Notes: generated from the letters alone by a model not told the origin. Numbered from the stretch's first letter, positions 25,579 through 36,479 are shown. The stretch is DNA of 64,000 bases from Fidelibacterota bacterium (GCA_046735395.1 JBJKQR010000012.1:174599-238598); one strand, 5' to 3'. Translations and numbers: made by a program.

Positions 25579-26880
25579 ATGATTGACAGATATATGACGG
25601 AGGCCATGTCCGCCATCTGGGATGAGGACAGAAAATACGGGTATTGGCTGAAGACGGAACTGGCCGTGTGTGAAGCCAACGCGGAGAACGGTGTGTTCAG
25701 TCGGGAAGAGCTGAAGACTATTCTCGGAAAGGCCGCATTCGATGTGGAGGCCATTCACCGCATCGAGAATGAAGTCCATCATGATGTGATTGCCTTTCTT
25801 ACAAGTGTCGCCGACTTTGTGGGGCCTGAGAGCCGCTGGGTTCATTACGGGATGACCAGTTCCGATCTCCTGGATACAGCCTTTGCGCTGCAGCTGCGTG
25901 ACTCGGCGGATGTGATTCTCAAAGCGGTAGACCGGCTCATAGACCTGCTGTCAGGAAAAGCGCTGGAGTACCGGGATCTGCTGACTATCGGCCGGACGCA
26001 CGGGATCCATGCCGAGCCCACCACCTATGGCCTGAAATTTCTGAACTGGCATCAGGAAATGCTTCGCCATCGTCAGCGTTTCGCTGACGCCCGGGAGGGG
26101 ATTCGCTACGGAGCCATCAGCGGAGCCGTCGGTACCTATGCCCATATTTCTCCCGGGATTGAAGCTGCGGTCTGTGAAAAACTGGATCTGAAAGCCGATC
26201 CGGTGACGACGCAGGTGATTCAGCGTGACCGCCATGCGCACTATATGTCGGTACTGGCCGGAATGGCCGCCAGCCTGGAAAAGATTTCGGTCGAAATCCG
26301 GCATCTGCAGCGGACGGAAGTTCATGAAGTGGAAGAACCTTTCTCAGACAAGCAGAAGGGCTCTTCGGCTATGCCGCATAAGAAGAACCCTATCATCGCG
26401 GAACGAATTACCGGTATGGCCCGCCTGTTCCGCGGTTTTACCGTGACAGCTCTGGAAAATGTAGCTTTATGGCATGAGCGGGATATTTCACACAGCTCGG
26501 CAGAACGGGTGATTTTTCCCGATGCCCTCCATCTTATGGATTATATGCTGAAAAAAATGATCTGGCTTTTGGATGGATTGAGACTGTTTCCTGAAAATAT
26601 TCAGAAGAATCTGCAGCTGACCGGCGGCCTGCATCACAGTCAGAAAGTGCTTCTGGCTCTGGTCAATGCAGGGCTCAGCAGGGAAGAGGCCTACCGGAAG
26701 ATTCAGGCGCTGGCCATGAAAACCTGGGAAACGGGCGTGGCACTGGACGTGAATCTGCGGGAAGACCCGGAGACGATGAAAATTCTTGAAGCGGGGGGAA
26801 CGGATGTCTCTACGCTGTTCCGGGATGAAGATTTTCTGAAAAATGTTGCACAAATCTATGAAAGGTGCGGTGTAAAATAA
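25579..26880 (+). CDS. purB: adenylosuccinate lyase
   Basis: MIDRY, HDVIAF, GRTHGIHAEPTT, GSSAMPHKKNP. Confidence 0.97.
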   Translation: MIDRYMTEAMSAIWDEDRKYGYWLKTELAVCEANAENGVFSREELKTILGKAAFDVEAIHRIENEVHHDVIAFLTSVADFVGPESRWVHYGMTSSDLLDTAFALQLRDSADVILKAVDRLIDLLSGKALEYRDLLTIGRTHGIHAEPTTYGLKFLNWHQEMLRHRQRFADAREGIRYGAISGAVGTYAHISPGIEAAVCEKLDLKADPVTTQVIQRDRHAHYMSVLAGMAASLEKISVEIRHLQRTEVHEVEEPFSDKQKGSSAMPHKKNPIIAERITGMARLFRGFTVTALENVALWHERDISHSSAERVIFPDALHLMDYMLKKMIWLLDGLRLFPENIQKNLQLTGGLHHSQKVLLALVNAGLSREEAYRKIQALAMKTWETGVALDVNLREDPETMKILEAGGTDVSTLFRDEDFLKNVAQIYERCGVK

Positions 26881-26881
26881 T

Positions 26882-27538
26882 ATGGCTGAAGACAGTATAT
26901 CGACGATTTTATCGTTCTGGCTCATTACTATCGTCACGGCAGTGCTCTGGTTCGTCTTTCCTGCCTCGCTGGTGACCCAGATCCTTTTTATTGCTGCGTT
27001 TATCGTTTCGGCGTTTTCCCTCTTCTTCTTTCGTGATCCGGCTCGAACCGTTCCGGACAGGGCCGATGCGCTGATATCCCCTGCAGACGGTAAAATTCTG
27101 AGTATTGATCCGACGGCTGTATATCCCGGCAGTGATCTGCCCTGCACACATATGGCCATCTTTCTGAATCTGCATAATGTGCATGTAAACCGGATTCCCT
27201 GTGATGCCCATGTCAAACAGGTCACCTATCTGAAGGGAAAATTTCTGAAAGCCTTCAACCCGGATGCCAAGGATCTGAACGAACAATATCTTATTGAGAT
27301 GGAAACGCCATCAGGGCCTCTGGTCATGCGTCAGATCGCGGGATTGATCGCGCGCCGTCTGGTCTGCCGGCTTAAACCGGGGCAGGATGTGTCCGCCGGG
27401 GAAAAATTCGGATTGATGAAATTTAGTAGTAGAATTGATTTGTATTTTTCGAGTAAATTCCGCGTGCTGGCCGAGACCGGACAAAAAGTCAGGGGGGGAG
27501 AGACCATTCTGGCCCAACTATCAGGAGAACAGGAATGA
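26882..27538 (+). CDS. psd: phosphatidylserine decarboxylase proenzyme
   Basis: FFRDPAR, SPADGK, VHVNR, QIAGLIARR, cleavage region KFSSRID (usually FGSR). Confidence 0.92.
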   Translation: MAEDSISTILSFWLITIVTAVLWFVFPASLVTQILFIAAFIVSAFSLFFFRDPARTVPDRADALISPADGKILSIDPTAVYPGSDLPCTHMAIFLNLHNVHVNRIPCDAHVKQVTYLKGKFLKAFNPDAKDLNEQYLIEMETPSGPLVMRQIAGLIARRLVCRLKPGQDVSAGEKFGLMKFSSRIDLYFSSKFRVLAETGQKVRGGETILAQLSGEQE

Positions 27539-28344
27539 AGATTAAAATCAAGCGGACACTGTGGCCCAGCATTTTCACGTTGCTGAATATGTTTCTGGGT
27601 TATCTTGCCATCATTCAGATCGTTGCTGCTCATCATATTCGTGAAAGCGGCGGAGATATAGGATTATTTCATGATAAGGTCATTCTCGCCGGCTGGCTCA
27701 TTTTCATTGCCTCTATTCTGGACGGAATGGACGGAAAAGTCGCACGGCTGGTTCATGGTTCCTCCGATTTCGGCGTGGAGATTGACAGTCTTGCAGATCT
27801 GCTTTCCTTTGTCATTGCACCGTCTCTCATGGTTTATTTCGTCTACTGCAGTGACATCTACATTTATGGAAGCCTGATTGCCTTTACCTATGTTATTTTC
27901 GGCACCATCCGTCTGGCCCGTTTTAATGTGCTGGCCCATCGTGAATCACCGGGGCATTTTATCGGACTGCCCAGTCCGCTGGCTGCGATCACCGTGATCA
28001 GCGTGCCCATGTTCTTCATTACCTACACCGGAACAGTAGGAAAACCCAAACTGGTTCTTCCCTTCATCCTCATTATCGGTTTTCTCATGATCTCTCAGAT
28101 CACTTTCAAGAAAATTTCCAATTTTTCACTCAAGAAGACATCCGGGCTCAGGTGGGATACCCTGTTCTTTGTGGCGAACCTGGCCCTCATCGTGGCCTTC
28201 AAGGAAAAGGTTCTGTTCTTTCTGGCGGTTCTGAGTATTCTGCTTAATATTTTTGCCTACTGGCGAAAAAATCAGCAGAGCCGGGATGATTTCATTGAGA
28301 TTGATGATGACGATGAACATTTAAACGGGAGGTCCGATGCCTAA
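27535..28344 (+). CDS. pssA: CDP-diacylglycerol--serine O-phosphatidyltransferase
   Basis: DGMDGKVAR...FGVEIDSLAD CDP-alcohol phosphotransferase motif, RLARFN, FIGLPSP; next to psd. Confidence 0.93.
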   Translation: MKIKIKRTLWPSIFTLLNMFLGYLAIIQIVAAHHIRESGGDIGLFHDKVILAGWLIFIASILDGMDGKVARLVHGSSDFGVEIDSLADLLSFVIAPSLMVYFVYCSDIYIYGSLIAFTYVIFGTIRLARFNVLAHRESPGHFIGLPSPLAAITVISVPMFFITYTGTVGKPKLVLPFILIIGFLMISQITFKKISNFSLKKTSGLRWDTLFFVANLALIVAFKEKVLFFLAVLSILLNIFAYWRKNQQSRDDFIEIDDDDEHLNGRSDA

Positions 28345-28585
28345 GGTTGTTGTGGTTGTCACCATCAAGGAAGGGATACTGGATCCGCAGGCCAAAGCTA
28401 TTCTTCATGCCATGGAAGGCCTGGAGTTTACCGACTGCTCATCTCTGGTCACCGGCAAATATTTTGAACTGGATTTCCCCGGAATGAGCGGGGAGGAAGC
28501 ATTGATGAAAGGGGAGGTGGCCGCATCCCGGATTCTGGCCAATCCCAATATCGAAACCTACAAAGTCGACCTGAAGGAAGAGTGA
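28337..28585 (+). CDS. purS: FGAM synthase subunit PurS
   Basis: KEGILDPQ, GKYFEL, LANPNIETY. Confidence 0.93.
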   Translation: MPKVVVVVTIKEGILDPQAKAILHAMEGLEFTDCSSLVTGKYFELDFPGMSGEEALMKGEVAASRILANPNIETYKVDLKEE

Positions 28586-29275
28586 GTGAAAGTCGGAATT
28601 GTTGTTTTTCCCGGGTCAAACTGTGACCATGATACCTACTGGGCCGTCCGGAACACTCTGGGTGCGAAGGCAAGCTTCATCTGGCATCGTGAAACAGATC
28701 TGGCAGATTATGACTGTATTTTTCTTCCCGGCGGCTTTTCATATGGAGACTATCTCCGCAGCGGCGCCATTGCCCGCTTTTCACCGGTCATGGAGGAAGT
28801 GCGAAAGGCAGCGGAAAAAGGGAAACCTGTCATCGGTATCTGTAACGGGTTTCAGATCCTGACCGAAAGCGGACTGCTTCCCGGAGCTCTGGCACCCAAT
28901 GAAAATCTGAAATTCGTCTGTGATACCGTCCACCTGCGCGTGGAAAATACAAATTCGCCCCTGCTGAAGCAGTATCGCAGCGGAGAGACGCTGGCCATCC
29001 CCATCGCCCATGGCGAGGGCCGTTATGTCGCCTCGGATGATACGATCAAGGCTCTGGAGGACGAGGGCCGGATTGCATTCAGGTACTGCGATGCGGAGGG
29101 GAATATTGTGGCCGACGCAAATCCGAACGGCAGCCGGGCCGGTATCGCCGGTATTCTGAATAAGAATGGAAATGTTCTGGGAATGATGCCGCACCCGGAA
29201 CGGGTTACGGAATCTGTCCTGGGCGGCATGGACGGCAGAAAACTGTTTGAAAGTATAGGTGAGGTCATCCGATGA
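28586..29275 (+). CDS. purQ: FGAM synthase glutaminase subunit PurQ
   Basis: FPGSNCD, PGGFSYGDYLR, GICNGFQ, GMMPHPER. Confidence 0.97.
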   Translation: MKVGIVVFPGSNCDHDTYWAVRNTLGAKASFIWHRETDLADYDCIFLPGGFSYGDYLRSGAIARFSPVMEEVRKAAEKGKPVIGICNGFQILTESGLLPGALAPNENLKFVCDTVHLRVENTNSPLLKQYRSGETLAIPIAHGEGRYVASDDTIKALEDEGRIAFRYCDAEGNIVADANPNGSRAGIAGILNKNGNVLGMMPHPERVTESVLGGMDGRKLFESIGEVIR

Positions 29276-29541
29276 AGAAATCCAACACACTCGGCAGAAT
29301 CTTCATGGTCCTGTTTCTCGGCGCCATTATCGGCGGAATTCTCGGTGAAATATTCGGGCTCGTACTGCCTGATTCCGTTGTAAAAGAATTTTTTCTGAGT
29401 AAATTAGTTCTCGGGTTCACCGAACCCCTGGCTATTGATCTTCATATCATAGCTTTTTCAATTTCACTTGTTTTCAGAATGAATATCATCAGCCTTATCG
29501 GGCTGGGATTTGGGTATTATATCTTACGCTATACACGTTAG
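29272..29541 (+). CDS. small membrane protein (DUF4321-like)
   Basis: GAIIGGILGEIFG..LP, PLAIDLHII.FS, NIISLIG pattern. Confidence 0.75.
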   Translation: MKKSNTLGRIFMVLFLGAIIGGILGEIFGLVLPDSVVKEFFLSKLVLGFTEPLAIDLHIIAFSISLVFRMNIISLIGLGFGYYILRYTR

Positions 29542-29550
29542 GAGGTATGT

Positions 29551-29751
29551 ATGCTTGGTGGATTAGGAATGGGAGAACTGCTGATTATCTTTTTTGTAAT
29601 TCTGCTTCTCTTCGGAGCGAAACGTCTTCCTGAGCTGGCTTCCGGGCTGGGAAAGGGTATTCGTGAATTTAAAAAGGCCGCCAACGACGTGAAGGATGAA
29701 CTGGAAGACGCCGCGAATGTTGAGCCTGAAAAAGACAAAGATAAGAAATAA
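29551..29751 (+). CDS. tatA: twin-arginine translocase TatA/E
   Basis: [46 protein letters not shown]. Confidence 0.95.
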   Translation: MLGGLGMGELLIIFFVILLLFGAKRLPELASGLGKGIREFKKAANDVKDELEDAANVEPEKDKDKK

Positions 29752-29765
29752 TTCACACATCACGG

Positions 29766-31127
29766 GTGCTCATGACGACGATTGACCGCATTTACGACTA
29801 TGCAGACGCCGGGGATGTCTACAATATATTTACGACCCTGGACCGGAAATGGCTCGAACGCCACATTGAAAATCAGAAGGACAAACCGGGCCTGCTCAGC
29901 GGCAGGCTGATTGCCATCAAGGATAATTTCAATGTGGAAGGACTGCCGGTAAGCTGCGGCTCAGCCTTTCTCGAGCCCTGCAAGGCCTTGTACAATGCGA
30001 CGGTCATAGAGAAGATCATTCACGCCGGTGGCGTGATCGTGGGCAAGACCAACATGGATGAATTCGCCATGGGGTCGTCCAATGAAAACAGTTTTTTTGG
30101 CCCGGTGAAGAATCCGCGTGATCCGGAACGTGTTCCCGGAGGGTCCAGCGGCGGATCTGCCGCGGTCGTGGCTGCGGGGCTCTGTGATTATGCCCTGGGT
30201 TCGGATACGGGAGGAAGCATTCGGCAACCGGCGGCTTTCACCGGTATTGTCGGGTTGAAACCGACCTATGGCCGGGTCTCCCGGTATGGACTCACAGCCT
30301 TTGCATCATCCTTTGACCAGGCAGGACCACTGACCCGGACTGTAAGGCAGAGCGCCGAACTTCTGCAGGTGATAGCCGGTCACGATAAAAATGACAGCAC
30401 TACCGCCGATGTAGCGGTTCCGGATTATGTATCGCTTCTCGATACAGGGGATCCGCGAAAGTTACGGATCGGCGTACCCTACGCTCTGCTGGAAAAAGGC
30501 CTGGACGACAATGTGGCCGAGGCTTTTGCATCCGCTATAGACTCATTGAAAAGCGCCGGATTTACCATCAGGACGGTGGATATTCCCACCATGCCCTATG
30601 CCATCGCGGCCTATTATATTCTGGCTCCGGCCGAGGCATCCAGTAACCTGGCCCGGTTTGACGGGATACGCTATGGCCGTCAGGCCGAAGCGGCAGGGAG
30701 CGACCTGAATAATTTTTATGCTCAGAACCGGGATGCCTTCGGGGATGAAGTGAAACGCCGCATCATGCTGGGTACTTACGTGCTCAGCGCCGGATATTAC
30801 GACGCCTATTATGAGAAGGCACAGAAAGTGCGGCGCCTGCTCTTTGATGATTATCGGCGGAATTTCACGGACTGTGATGTGATCCTCACACCGACCACAC
30901 CGGCCTCGGCCTTTCGCCTCGGCAGCTACAGTGATGATCCGCTCAAAATGTATCTGAATGATATCTTTACCGTATCAGCCAATATTGCCGGTATTCCGGC
31001 CATGAGTATTCCCGCCGCAGTTCCGGAGGGCAGCCTGCCTGTCGGCCTTCATCTGGCCGGAAATGTATTTCAGGAGGGAACTTTGCTTCAGCTAGGGCAT
31101 TGGATGGAGCAGGAGGTTCACTCATGA
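29766..31127 (+). CDS. gatA: Glu/Asp-tRNA amidotransferase subunit A
   Basis: IAIKDN, GKTNMDEFAMGSS, PGGSSGGS, GSDTGGSIRQPA, EASSNLARFDG.RYG, EVKRRIMLGT. Confidence 0.94.
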   Translation: MLMTTIDRIYDYADAGDVYNIFTTLDRKWLERHIENQKDKPGLLSGRLIAIKDNFNVEGLPVSCGSAFLEPCKALYNATVIEKIIHAGGVIVGKTNMDEFAMGSSNENSFFGPVKNPRDPERVPGGSSGGSAAVVAAGLCDYALGSDTGGSIRQPAAFTGIVGLKPTYGRVSRYGLTAFASSFDQAGPLTRTVRQSAELLQVIAGHDKNDSTTADVAVPDYVSLLDTGDPRKLRIGVPYALLEKGLDDNVAEAFASAIDSLKSAGFTIRTVDIPTMPYAIAAYYILAPAEASSNLARFDGIRYGRQAEAAGSDLNNFYAQNRDAFGDEVKRRIMLGTYVLSAGYYDAYYEKAQKVRRLLFDDYRRNFTDCDVILTPTTPASAFRLGSYSDDPLKMYLNDIFTVSANIAGIPAMSIPAAVPEGSLPVGLHLAGNVFQEGTLLQLGHWMEQEVHS

Positions 31128-31186
31128 CCCGGATGGAAAAAGACATAACCCGTTGCCAACGCACAAACAGACGTTCATAATGCCCT

Positions 31187-32182
31187 ATGTTCAGATTTGC
31201 CTATCCTTATTTTTTAATACTCATACCCGTATTTGCCCTTCTTCTTATCAGAAGGCAGAAGGATATCCGCAGCCGGCGCAGTGATTACCTGCGTGTCGGT
31301 ACGGTCGCATCACTCAGCCTTTTCAGGGACCGGAATGCCTATAAGGTGCTGCTGCCACTCTGGCTGAAGGGAGCCGCGATATTTCTTCTGATATGCGCCC
31401 TGGCCCGGCCCCAGATCGGAAAGGTATCCCGCGAACTGAAACAGAAGGGTATTGACATCATGCTGGCTCTGGATATTTCCGGATCCATGCGGGCCGTTGA
31501 TTTCAAACCGAATCGTCTGGAAGCATCCAAGCAGGTGGCGGCCGATTTTGTGAACGGCAGGAAGACGGATCGCATCGGGCTGGTGGTTTTCGGAAGCGAA
31601 TCCTTTCTTCAGTGCCCGCTGACCATTGATTACAGCGTGCTGGATAATATTATCGGTGATATAAAAATCGTTCCCGAGGAATACGACGGAACCGCCATCG
31701 GCCTGGCTATCAGCAATGCCATTAACCGGCTGCGCGACTCGGATGCGGAGAGCAAGGTCATCATTCTGCTCAGTGACGGGGCCAATAATTCAGGAGATGT
31801 GGATCCGCTGACAGCCGCGGATTTTGCGAAAAAATATAATATAAAAATTTATACCATCGGAATGGGCAAGGACGGACAGGTGCTCATGCCGGTTCAGAAC
31901 AGTTTTTTCGGCGGAACACAGATGGTGCCGGTCAATTCGCAGATCGATGAAAAACTGTTGCGGGAAATTGCGGACAAGACCGGCGGAGCCTTCTTCCGGG
32001 CAGATACGGAAGAAAAACTGAAAAGCATCTGGCAGGAAATCTCGAAAATGGAAAAGACGGAAATCAAGACCGATGAGTATCTGGACTGGGGTGAGCGCTA
32101 TGACTGGTTCCTCATTCCCGCCCTGACCCTTTTCGTCGCCGGATTTCTGCTCTCCCGCTATAAATGGAGTGTCTATCCGTGA
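31187..32182 (+). CDS. batA: BatA, VWA-domain membrane protein
   Basis: MFRFAYP, ALARPQ, MIDAS DISGS, GTAIG, ILLSDG. Confidence 0.9.
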   Translation: MFRFAYPYFLILIPVFALLLIRRQKDIRSRRSDYLRVGTVASLSLFRDRNAYKVLLPLWLKGAAIFLLICALARPQIGKVSRELKQKGIDIMLALDISGSMRAVDFKPNRLEASKQVAADFVNGRKTDRIGLVVFGSESFLQCPLTIDYSVLDNIIGDIKIVPEEYDGTAIGLAISNAINRLRDSDAESKVIILLSDGANNSGDVDPLTAADFAKKYNIKIYTIGMGKDGQVLMPVQNSFFGGTQMVPVNSQIDEKLLREIADKTGGAFFRADTEEKLKSIWQEISKMEKTEIKTDEYLDWGERYDWFLIPALTLFVAGFLLSRYKWSVYP

Positions 32183-33219
32183 TTGAGTTCTTACATCCGC
32201 AATTTCTCTGGCTGCTTCTGTCGCTGCCTGTACTGCTGGGTTGGTTTATACGCCGGCATCGGCGGAGAACCCGTGAAATCAGCCGGAGCTTTGACCCGAA
32301 AGCCTTCCATACTCTCAGTCAGGGCGGCCGGGGCCGCAAGGTACGCAAACAGCGATTCGTAACGGAATTGCTGGCGCTGGCCCTGCTCATCATTTCTGCA
32401 TCGGGACCGCGGGTGGGAACCTCCATTCAGGAACTGAAACGGGAAGGCGTGGATATTGTGGTTGCGCTCGATCTGTCCCGCAGCATGCTGACCCAGGATG
32501 TGACACCGGACCGTCTCACCCGGGCCAAACTTGAGGTGAAGAAACTCATCAATTCACTGAAGGGAGACCGGATCGGCCTGGTCGGATTTGCCGGTATTGC
32601 CCATCTTCAGTGCCCGCTGACTCTGGATCATTCAGCCGCTTCCATGCTCCTCAATGTCATGGATGAGACCCTGCTGCCGGTTCAGGGAACGGCTCTGGCG
32701 GATGCCATCGGTATCGCCGTGAAGGCTTTTCCGGAGGATGACGAAGGACGGGACCGCGCGATTATTGTGATCAGCGATGGCGAGGACCACGAAAAAAATG
32801 TGGAAGACGCTGCCCGGAAGGCATCCGAGGCCGGAATCACCATTTATTCCCTCGGAGTGGGAACCCTGAAGGGCGGGCCTGTACCGGTCTATGACAAGAA
32901 CGGCCAGCTCAGCGATTATAAACGGAATTCCTCAAATCAGGTCGTGACCAGCCGTCTGGAAGAAGCCGATCTGTCCGAACTGGCTAGCCAGACCGGCGGA
33001 AGCTATTACCGGCTGTATGAGCGGAAGGATCCCCTTGCCCGCATATACAGCGATATTCAGACTCTGGATAAACGGGAATATAAGACGCATGATTTTTCTA
33101 AATATGTTGAATTGTACCAATTCTTTCTAATCCTTGCCATTCTGCTTCTCTTTCCCGAATTTGTCATATCTGATCTTCATGATCTGCTTACTCACAGGAG
33201 AAAAGTCCATGCTTCCTGA
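32179..33219 (+). CDS. batB: BatB, VWA-domain membrane protein
   Basis: DLSRSMLTQDVTPDRL, QGTAL, ISDGEDHE, VVTSRL; GTG start overlapping the batA stop. Confidence 0.9.
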   Translation: MIEFLHPQFLWLLLSLPVLLGWFIRRHRRRTREISRSFDPKAFHTLSQGGRGRKVRKQRFVTELLALALLIISASGPRVGTSIQELKREGVDIVVALDLSRSMLTQDVTPDRLTRAKLEVKKLINSLKGDRIGLVGFAGIAHLQCPLTLDHSAASMLLNVMDETLLPVQGTALADAIGIAVKAFPEDDEGRDRAIIVISDGEDHEKNVEDAARKASEAGITIYSLGVGTLKGGPVPVYDKNGQLSDYKRNSSNQVVTSRLEEADLSELASQTGGSYYRLYERKDPLARIYSDIQTLDKREYKTHDFSKYVELYQFFLILAILLLFPEFVISDLHDLLTHRRKVHAS

Positions 33220-33955
33220 GCGTCCCCTTCACATTGCACTGCTGCTGGCCCTTCTGCTGCCGCTTGTAATCCAGGCTGATCCGGGAAAGAAGGCCTGGGA
33301 CCAGGGAAATTACCCCGGAGCGCTGCAGTATTATCAGAAGCGCCTCGACAATGGCGGGAAGGATAATCAGGCTCTTCAGTACAATGCGGGTACAGCGCTT
33401 CAGAAGCTGGACAAGGATGATGAGGCGACGACCTGGTACCAGCGCAGTCTGCAGAGTACTGATCCCCTGCTGAAAAGCCAGGCTCATTACAATCTGGCCA
33501 GGCTTTACGAAAAGAAAAAGGATATGAAGAATGCGCTGAGCAATCTGCAGAGCGCTATCCTGCTTAATCCTCAAGATATGAATGCCAAGGCCGCCTATGA
33601 ACGGCTGACACGGGAAATGCAGCAGCAGAAACAGCAGCAGCAGAGCAAACAGGATCAGAATCAGGACAAAAAGAAGGATCAGGAACAACAGCAGCAACAG
33701 CAGAAATCAGATCAGGATAAAGAGGATCAGCAGAAGAAGCAGAGTCAGGAAGAGCAGCAGCAGGAGCAACAAAACCCGCAGCAACAGCAGGCGATGCAGA
33801 AAGATGCGAAGATGAGCGAGAGCAAGGACGATATGTCACGGGATCAGGTCGAGAATATTCTGAATGCAATGAGGGAAAGAGAACTGGAATCGATGAAGAA
33901 GCTGCTGAAGGAACAGACGAAGGCCGGAAACATCAAACGAAGCAAGGATTGGTGA
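33209..33955 (+). CDS. batC: BatC, TPR protein with Gln-rich tail
   Basis: Signal peptide, TPRs (YNAG, AHYNLA), Q/K/D-rich linker, C-terminal KDW. Confidence 0.88.
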   Translation: MLPERPLHIALLLALLLPLVIQADPGKKAWDQGNYPGALQYYQKRLDNGGKDNQALQYNAGTALQKLDKDDEATTWYQRSLQSTDPLLKSQAHYNLARLYEKKKDMKNALSNLQSAILLNPQDMNAKAAYERLTREMQQQKQQQQSKQDQNQDKKKDQEQQQQQQKSDQDKEDQQKKQSQEEQQQEQQNPQQQQAMQKDAKMSESKDDMSRDQVENILNAMRERELESMKKLLKEQTKAGNIKRSKDW

Positions 33956-33957
33956 GG

Positions 33958-35691
33958 ATGAGGAAAATTGCCTTGCTCATCATGAGCCTGGGGACTCTGC
34001 TTCAGGCCGCACCTTCTGTGAAGGTCAGCGTAGACCGGAATAGCGTCACACTGACTACAGTTTTTACACTGACCTGCGAATTTTCCGATTTCAAGGATTT
34101 TCCATCCTTTACTCCGAACCTCAACGGGGATTTCACCCTCATCAGCGGGCCGACTCAATCCACAAATTATTCGTGGGTCAATGGCGTGGCCACCTCTTCA
34201 AAAACTCTGAGCTGGAGCATTGCCGCACTGAAGCCCGGAGATCTGACCATTCCGGCCTTTGAGTTCAGAGACGGAGGGACCGTCGTTCACAGCCGTCCCA
34301 TTTTGATTCACGTTTCTCAGAGCAATCGGGCTATCGTAAGCAAATCATCCACACCGTCAAATTCCGAACCTGTATTTGTCCGTACCGAGATTTCTGCGGA
34401 TTCGGCGGTACCGGGACAGGTGATTTCTGTGAAATGGCGGCTTTATTACCGCAGCAAGGTCAGCAGTTTCAGTTTTGATCCCATTGCCACCCTGCCGGGT
34501 TTTCTCGTGGATAATGTGCCGCAGAAAAAAAATCCGTCCATCAGTTCCGAGGTCATTGATGGTATCAATTACAATACGGCCCTGCTGAAGGAAATATTGG
34601 TCGTTCCCACCGATACGGGCCGTTTCGTCATCCCTCCGCAGAAAGTACGGCTGGAAGTTCAGCGGCGGGCCTCGCGGCAGTCCATTTTCGATGATCCCTT
34701 CTTCAGCAGTTTCAATACGCAGTCTATGGACGTTCTGACACAGCAGGAAAGCATTTCAGTTCAGGATCTGCCGGCAAAATTACCTAAAACTTTTTCAGGT
34801 GCAGTCGGTGATTTTACTCTGAAGGCACATCTGGATACGACGGTGGTCGAGGCGGATCAGGCCGCAAATATCATCGTGGAGGTGAAAGGCCGGGGAAATC
34901 TGAAGAATTTTACCTTTCCCGCACCCGAATTTCCATCGTCCTTTCAGGCCTTTGACCCTCGCATGAGTGAGGATATATCCGTTTCGTCCGGAACCTATTC
35001 AGGCAAGAAAACCTGGGAGTTTATCTTTATTCCGACCGAGGCCGGCAGCTATACGCTGCCTGATATGAAATTTTCCTATTACAGTGTGAAGAAGAAAGCT
35101 TTCATCACCCGCAGCGTCAGTCTGCCGACTCTGACCGTAAAGGCGAATTCACGGATCGTGGAGGATATGCGAAAAGGACTGACCCATCAGGAAGTTTCGC
35201 TTCTGAATGAGGACATCCGCTATATTTTTACGTCAGAGAGCAAGCTTGTGGACGCGAAGCTGAATCCGCTGAAGGATCTGAGCCTGTGGATCCTGCCCCT
35301 ATTGGCCGTACTGGCCGCGCTGCTTCATTACGCTTATGATCTGGCATTCCGGATATTCATGAATAATCCGGTGGTGGTACGTCGGCGGAATGCTCTGAAA
35401 AATGCCCGTAAACAGCTGAGCGGAAGCGCAGTGGATATACAGGCCCGGTCACAGGCATTTTCCGCCTTTCTTGCTGACCGGATGAATATAGGCGCCGGGG
35501 AAATCGGTTCCGGAACACTGAGTCATCACTTCCGGAGGAAAAATGTATCTGAAGACTTACAGGCGAAGGTCTTTGATGTGCTCAGGGAGTTTGACAGGAT
35601 GAAATTTTCACCCTCGGATGTGGAGGGGCCGGAGATTCTTTCCGCCGAATCCCTCCTGAGACTGATGGCTGATCTGGAGGCAGTGTTATGA
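33958..35691 (+). CDS. batD: BatD family protein
   Basis: SVDRN.V, SGPTQS...WVNG, FSGAVGDF, G.GNL, C-terminal TM helix. Confidence 0.88.
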   Translation: MRKIALLIMSLGTLLQAAPSVKVSVDRNSVTLTTVFTLTCEFSDFKDFPSFTPNLNGDFTLISGPTQSTNYSWVNGVATSSKTLSWSIAALKPGDLTIPAFEFRDGGTVVHSRPILIHVSQSNRAIVSKSSTPSNSEPVFVRTEISADSAVPGQVISVKWRLYYRSKVSSFSFDPIATLPGFLVDNVPQKKNPSISSEVIDGINYNTALLKEILVVPTDTGRFVIPPQKVRLEVQRRASRQSIFDDPFFSSFNTQSMDVLTQQESISVQDLPAKLPKTFSGAVGDFTLKAHLDTTVVEADQAANIIVEVKGRGNLKNFTFPAPEFPSSFQAFDPRMSEDISVSSGTYSGKKTWEFIFIPTEAGSYTLPDMKFSYYSVKKKAFITRSVSLPTLTVKANSRIVEDMRKGLTHQEVSLLNEDIRYIFTSESKLVDAKLNPLKDLSLWILPLLAVLAALLHYAYDLAFRIFMNNPVVVRRRNALKNARKQLSGSAVDIQARSQAFSAFLADRMNIGAGEIGSGTLSHHFRRKNVSEDLQAKVFDVLREFDRMKFSPSDVEGPEILSAESLLRLMADLEAVL

Positions 35692-36470
35692 AAAAAGTAT
35701 TCTTCCTGTTCTTTTTAATCATTCCCTTCACTCTGTCCGCCACCGAAATCCCGACCAACCGGGAACTGCAGTTCAGTAAGGCGGCAGATGCCTATGCCGC
35801 AAATAATTTCAGCCAGGCGCTGAATATTTACCAGAATCTGCTGGCCGGCTCAGATGTCAGTTTTGAACTGTATTATGATATGGGAAACTGTTATTATCGT
35901 TTGGGTGATATGGGACATGCCGTCCTCTACTGGGAGAAGGCCAAAGGCCTGCGCCCGGGAAGCGAGGAAGTGACGCATAATCTGCAGCTGGCCGCGTTGA
36001 AAATGCAGGACAAGGTTGTGCTGCCGAAGGGATTCATCCTGTTCGAATGGTATTGGGCCTTTCGTGAGCGGATGTCTCTGCCCTTATTTGTGTTCGTGAG
36101 CGGACTGCTCTTCAGTCTCCTGGCCGCCGCCTTCCTCATACCGAAATCACGGTTTATAGATGAACGCCTGCAAGGCCTGCTGAAGCGGTTGCTGAGAATC
36201 CCGAAGCTGCTCCTGGCATTTCTGCTGATACTTTTTATTTCTGTCAGCGTTGACAAGCTGCGCTACCGGTCCGTGAATCATTTTGCCATTGTGACAGCTC
36301 CGGAAATCAAGGTGACGGGCGAACCGAGAGACGCATCCAGTGTTCTGTTTCTGTTGCATGCCGGTTCGAAAGTGCGGATATTGAGCACCCTGGAAAACTG
36401 GACGGAACTGAGTTATTTCGATGATAAGGTGGGTTGGGTAAAATCTGAAATGATAGAAGCGATTGAGTAA
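35688..36470 (+). CDS. batE: BatE, TPR plus SH3 protein
   Basis: LYYDMGNCYYRLG, HNL, two TM helices, LFLLHAGSKV...KVGWV. Confidence 0.88.
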   Translation: MKKVFFLFFLIIPFTLSATEIPTNRELQFSKAADAYAANNFSQALNIYQNLLAGSDVSFELYYDMGNCYYRLGDMGHAVLYWEKAKGLRPGSEEVTHNLQLAALKMQDKVVLPKGFILFEWYWAFRERMSLPLFVFVSGLLFSLLAAAFLIPKSRFIDERLQGLLKRLLRIPKLLLAFLLILFISVSVDKLRYRSVNHFAIVTAPEIKVTGEPRDASSVLFLLHAGSKVRILSTLENWTELSYFDDKVGWVKSEMIEAIE

Positions 36471-36479
36471 GAGGGGTAC

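Noticed and set aside
33620..33800. CAG-rich tract as a contingency repeat
   Set aside because: Encodes the ordinary Gln-rich linker of BatC with mixed codons, in frame.
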